A stretch of DNA of 64,000 nt from Yuukianura sp. NJ FZ-2021 (lineage: Eukaryota): the NCBI GenBank assembly GCA_046563655.1, contig CM102290.1, positions 496,001-560,000 of the forward strand. Reading direction: 5' to 3'. Within the stretch, counting starts at the first letter, position 1. Each line of letters opens with the position of its first letter. The notes beneath the pieces were generated by a model that saw nothing but the letters and a program-made list of their open reading frames with translations, was not told the DNA's origin and did no database searches. A program made the position numbers and the translations under genes. Of the stretch, positions 62,769-64,000 are shown in pieces.

Positions 62769-64000
62769 GGTCCTGTGAGTGTTTTCTGTTTAAATTTGGA
62801 GGGAATTCGAAGGGAAATGAATGGAGAGATGGGAACCCCTTTGAGAAATCAAGTAATGAAGCCCCCGGGCAATAAAAAATTTACTTTTTGGTTTTCTCTT
62901 TAAAAACTTTAAATGCGGAAAAAATAGAAAAAAAAGTTCTTGAGGGGAAGAAGCGGAAGAAAGTGTGAGTGGAAGATTGAGGAGGAGCGGGAGCGGGATT
63001 GTTTAAATTTCTAATGTCAATATGAAGGATTTCGTTTCTCCTCTTCTTAGGAATTTTAGTCAGTCAAAAAACCCACTTCCTTTTCTTTTTCCGGAGGTTA
63101 AAGATGAAGAACGTTTTTCAAAAAACGAAAAAAATGCGGGAAAAGTGCCCATCTCTTTTGTTCTTTTGTTCCCAAAAGATCAGCCATAAACTATCTATTT
63201 TAATCCCACAAATGAAATGATTTTTATAATTTAAGCGATGGAGCCAGTCCGTTCCCAACCGCATGAAAAGAAAAATTCTCTTCTCAAAACCATACTTCCT
63301 GCTTTTGCCAAAATTTTAAAATTTTGAAATCTTCAAAAAAAAATTCTTTGCATTTTTTTCAACCAGACTTATATTAATTTTCTTCAAAGTTTTCAATTCC
63401 GTTTTTTAAAATGAAAATAAAGATTTTGGTTTGTTTAAAAAAAATCTGTGCCTTTAATTTTTTTTCTCATTCTCTAAAAAATGTTGAAAGTTAATTATGT
63501 TCCTTTCCGTTTCAATTAGCTTGTTCAACTTTTTTTTTAATTTGGAAAGTTGAGAAGTTACTCAACCTTGTAAAGAAAAGGAAAAAAAAAGAAAATTAAA
63601 AAACGGGAAAGTTGAATTTGAGTCATTTCGCCTCCGAGCCTTGAAAAGTTTTTTCTTCGTTTTTTTTAAAGTTGTTCATTGCCTTTCTTTTTAATTTCTC
63701 CAAAGTTCCATCCATGGAGAAAGTAAAAGGATTTTTTTTGTTCTCGTTTGAAATGACTGCAGAAGAAGTAAGAGATCTTTTGAGCTCCTTGGGGGAAAGT
63801 GTGGAGTTTCTTTTTCAGCCCTCAAATTTCCAACGTCTTCGTTCTGAAACGATTTCAAAAAAAAAAAACGAAAAAAAAGAAGCTGGAAGCTACAACAAAT
63901 CCCGCTCAAGCTTTAGTTTCACCTGACTTTCTCCAAAAATACACCAAAAAGGAAAAAAAAACTCGAAAAACAAAACAAACATTTTTGAGTACTAACACTG

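Overview
Eukaryotic DNA, almost certainly arthropod (compact GT-AG introns, mostly 50-80 nt; the species cannot be determined from sequence alone). Positions 1-35.5 kb are gene-dense: AP-1/AP-2 beta-adaptin, CUSTOS-like, an orphan coiled-coil gene, an F-box gene, RYBP/YAF2, TRMU/MnmA, TBCK, an orphan, a tandem cluster of four divergent secreted paralogs, RCC1-like, mitochondrial GatB and a CIP2A-like gene. Positions 35.5-64 kb are gene-poor and dominated by the class IV POU gene acj6/POU4F, which has a 9.3-kb first intron. The most notable signals are: (1) the four-gene secreted amphipathic-helix family, which I do not recognise and which has three conserved blocks and candidate cleavage sites; (2) two antisense tRNA-like units with a non-canonical anticodon arm inside acj6 intron 2; (3) a five-copy CAAGGTT MITE family with 8-bp target-site duplications; (4) a CAC-ended 1.26-kb element carrying a spliced pseudogene; (5) six perfect AGGTCAAAGGTCA (DR1) sites; (6) a shortened POU-IV box in Acj6; (7) a candidate 9-nt microexon. 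All gene models were spliced by eye and homologies are from recognition, not database searches.
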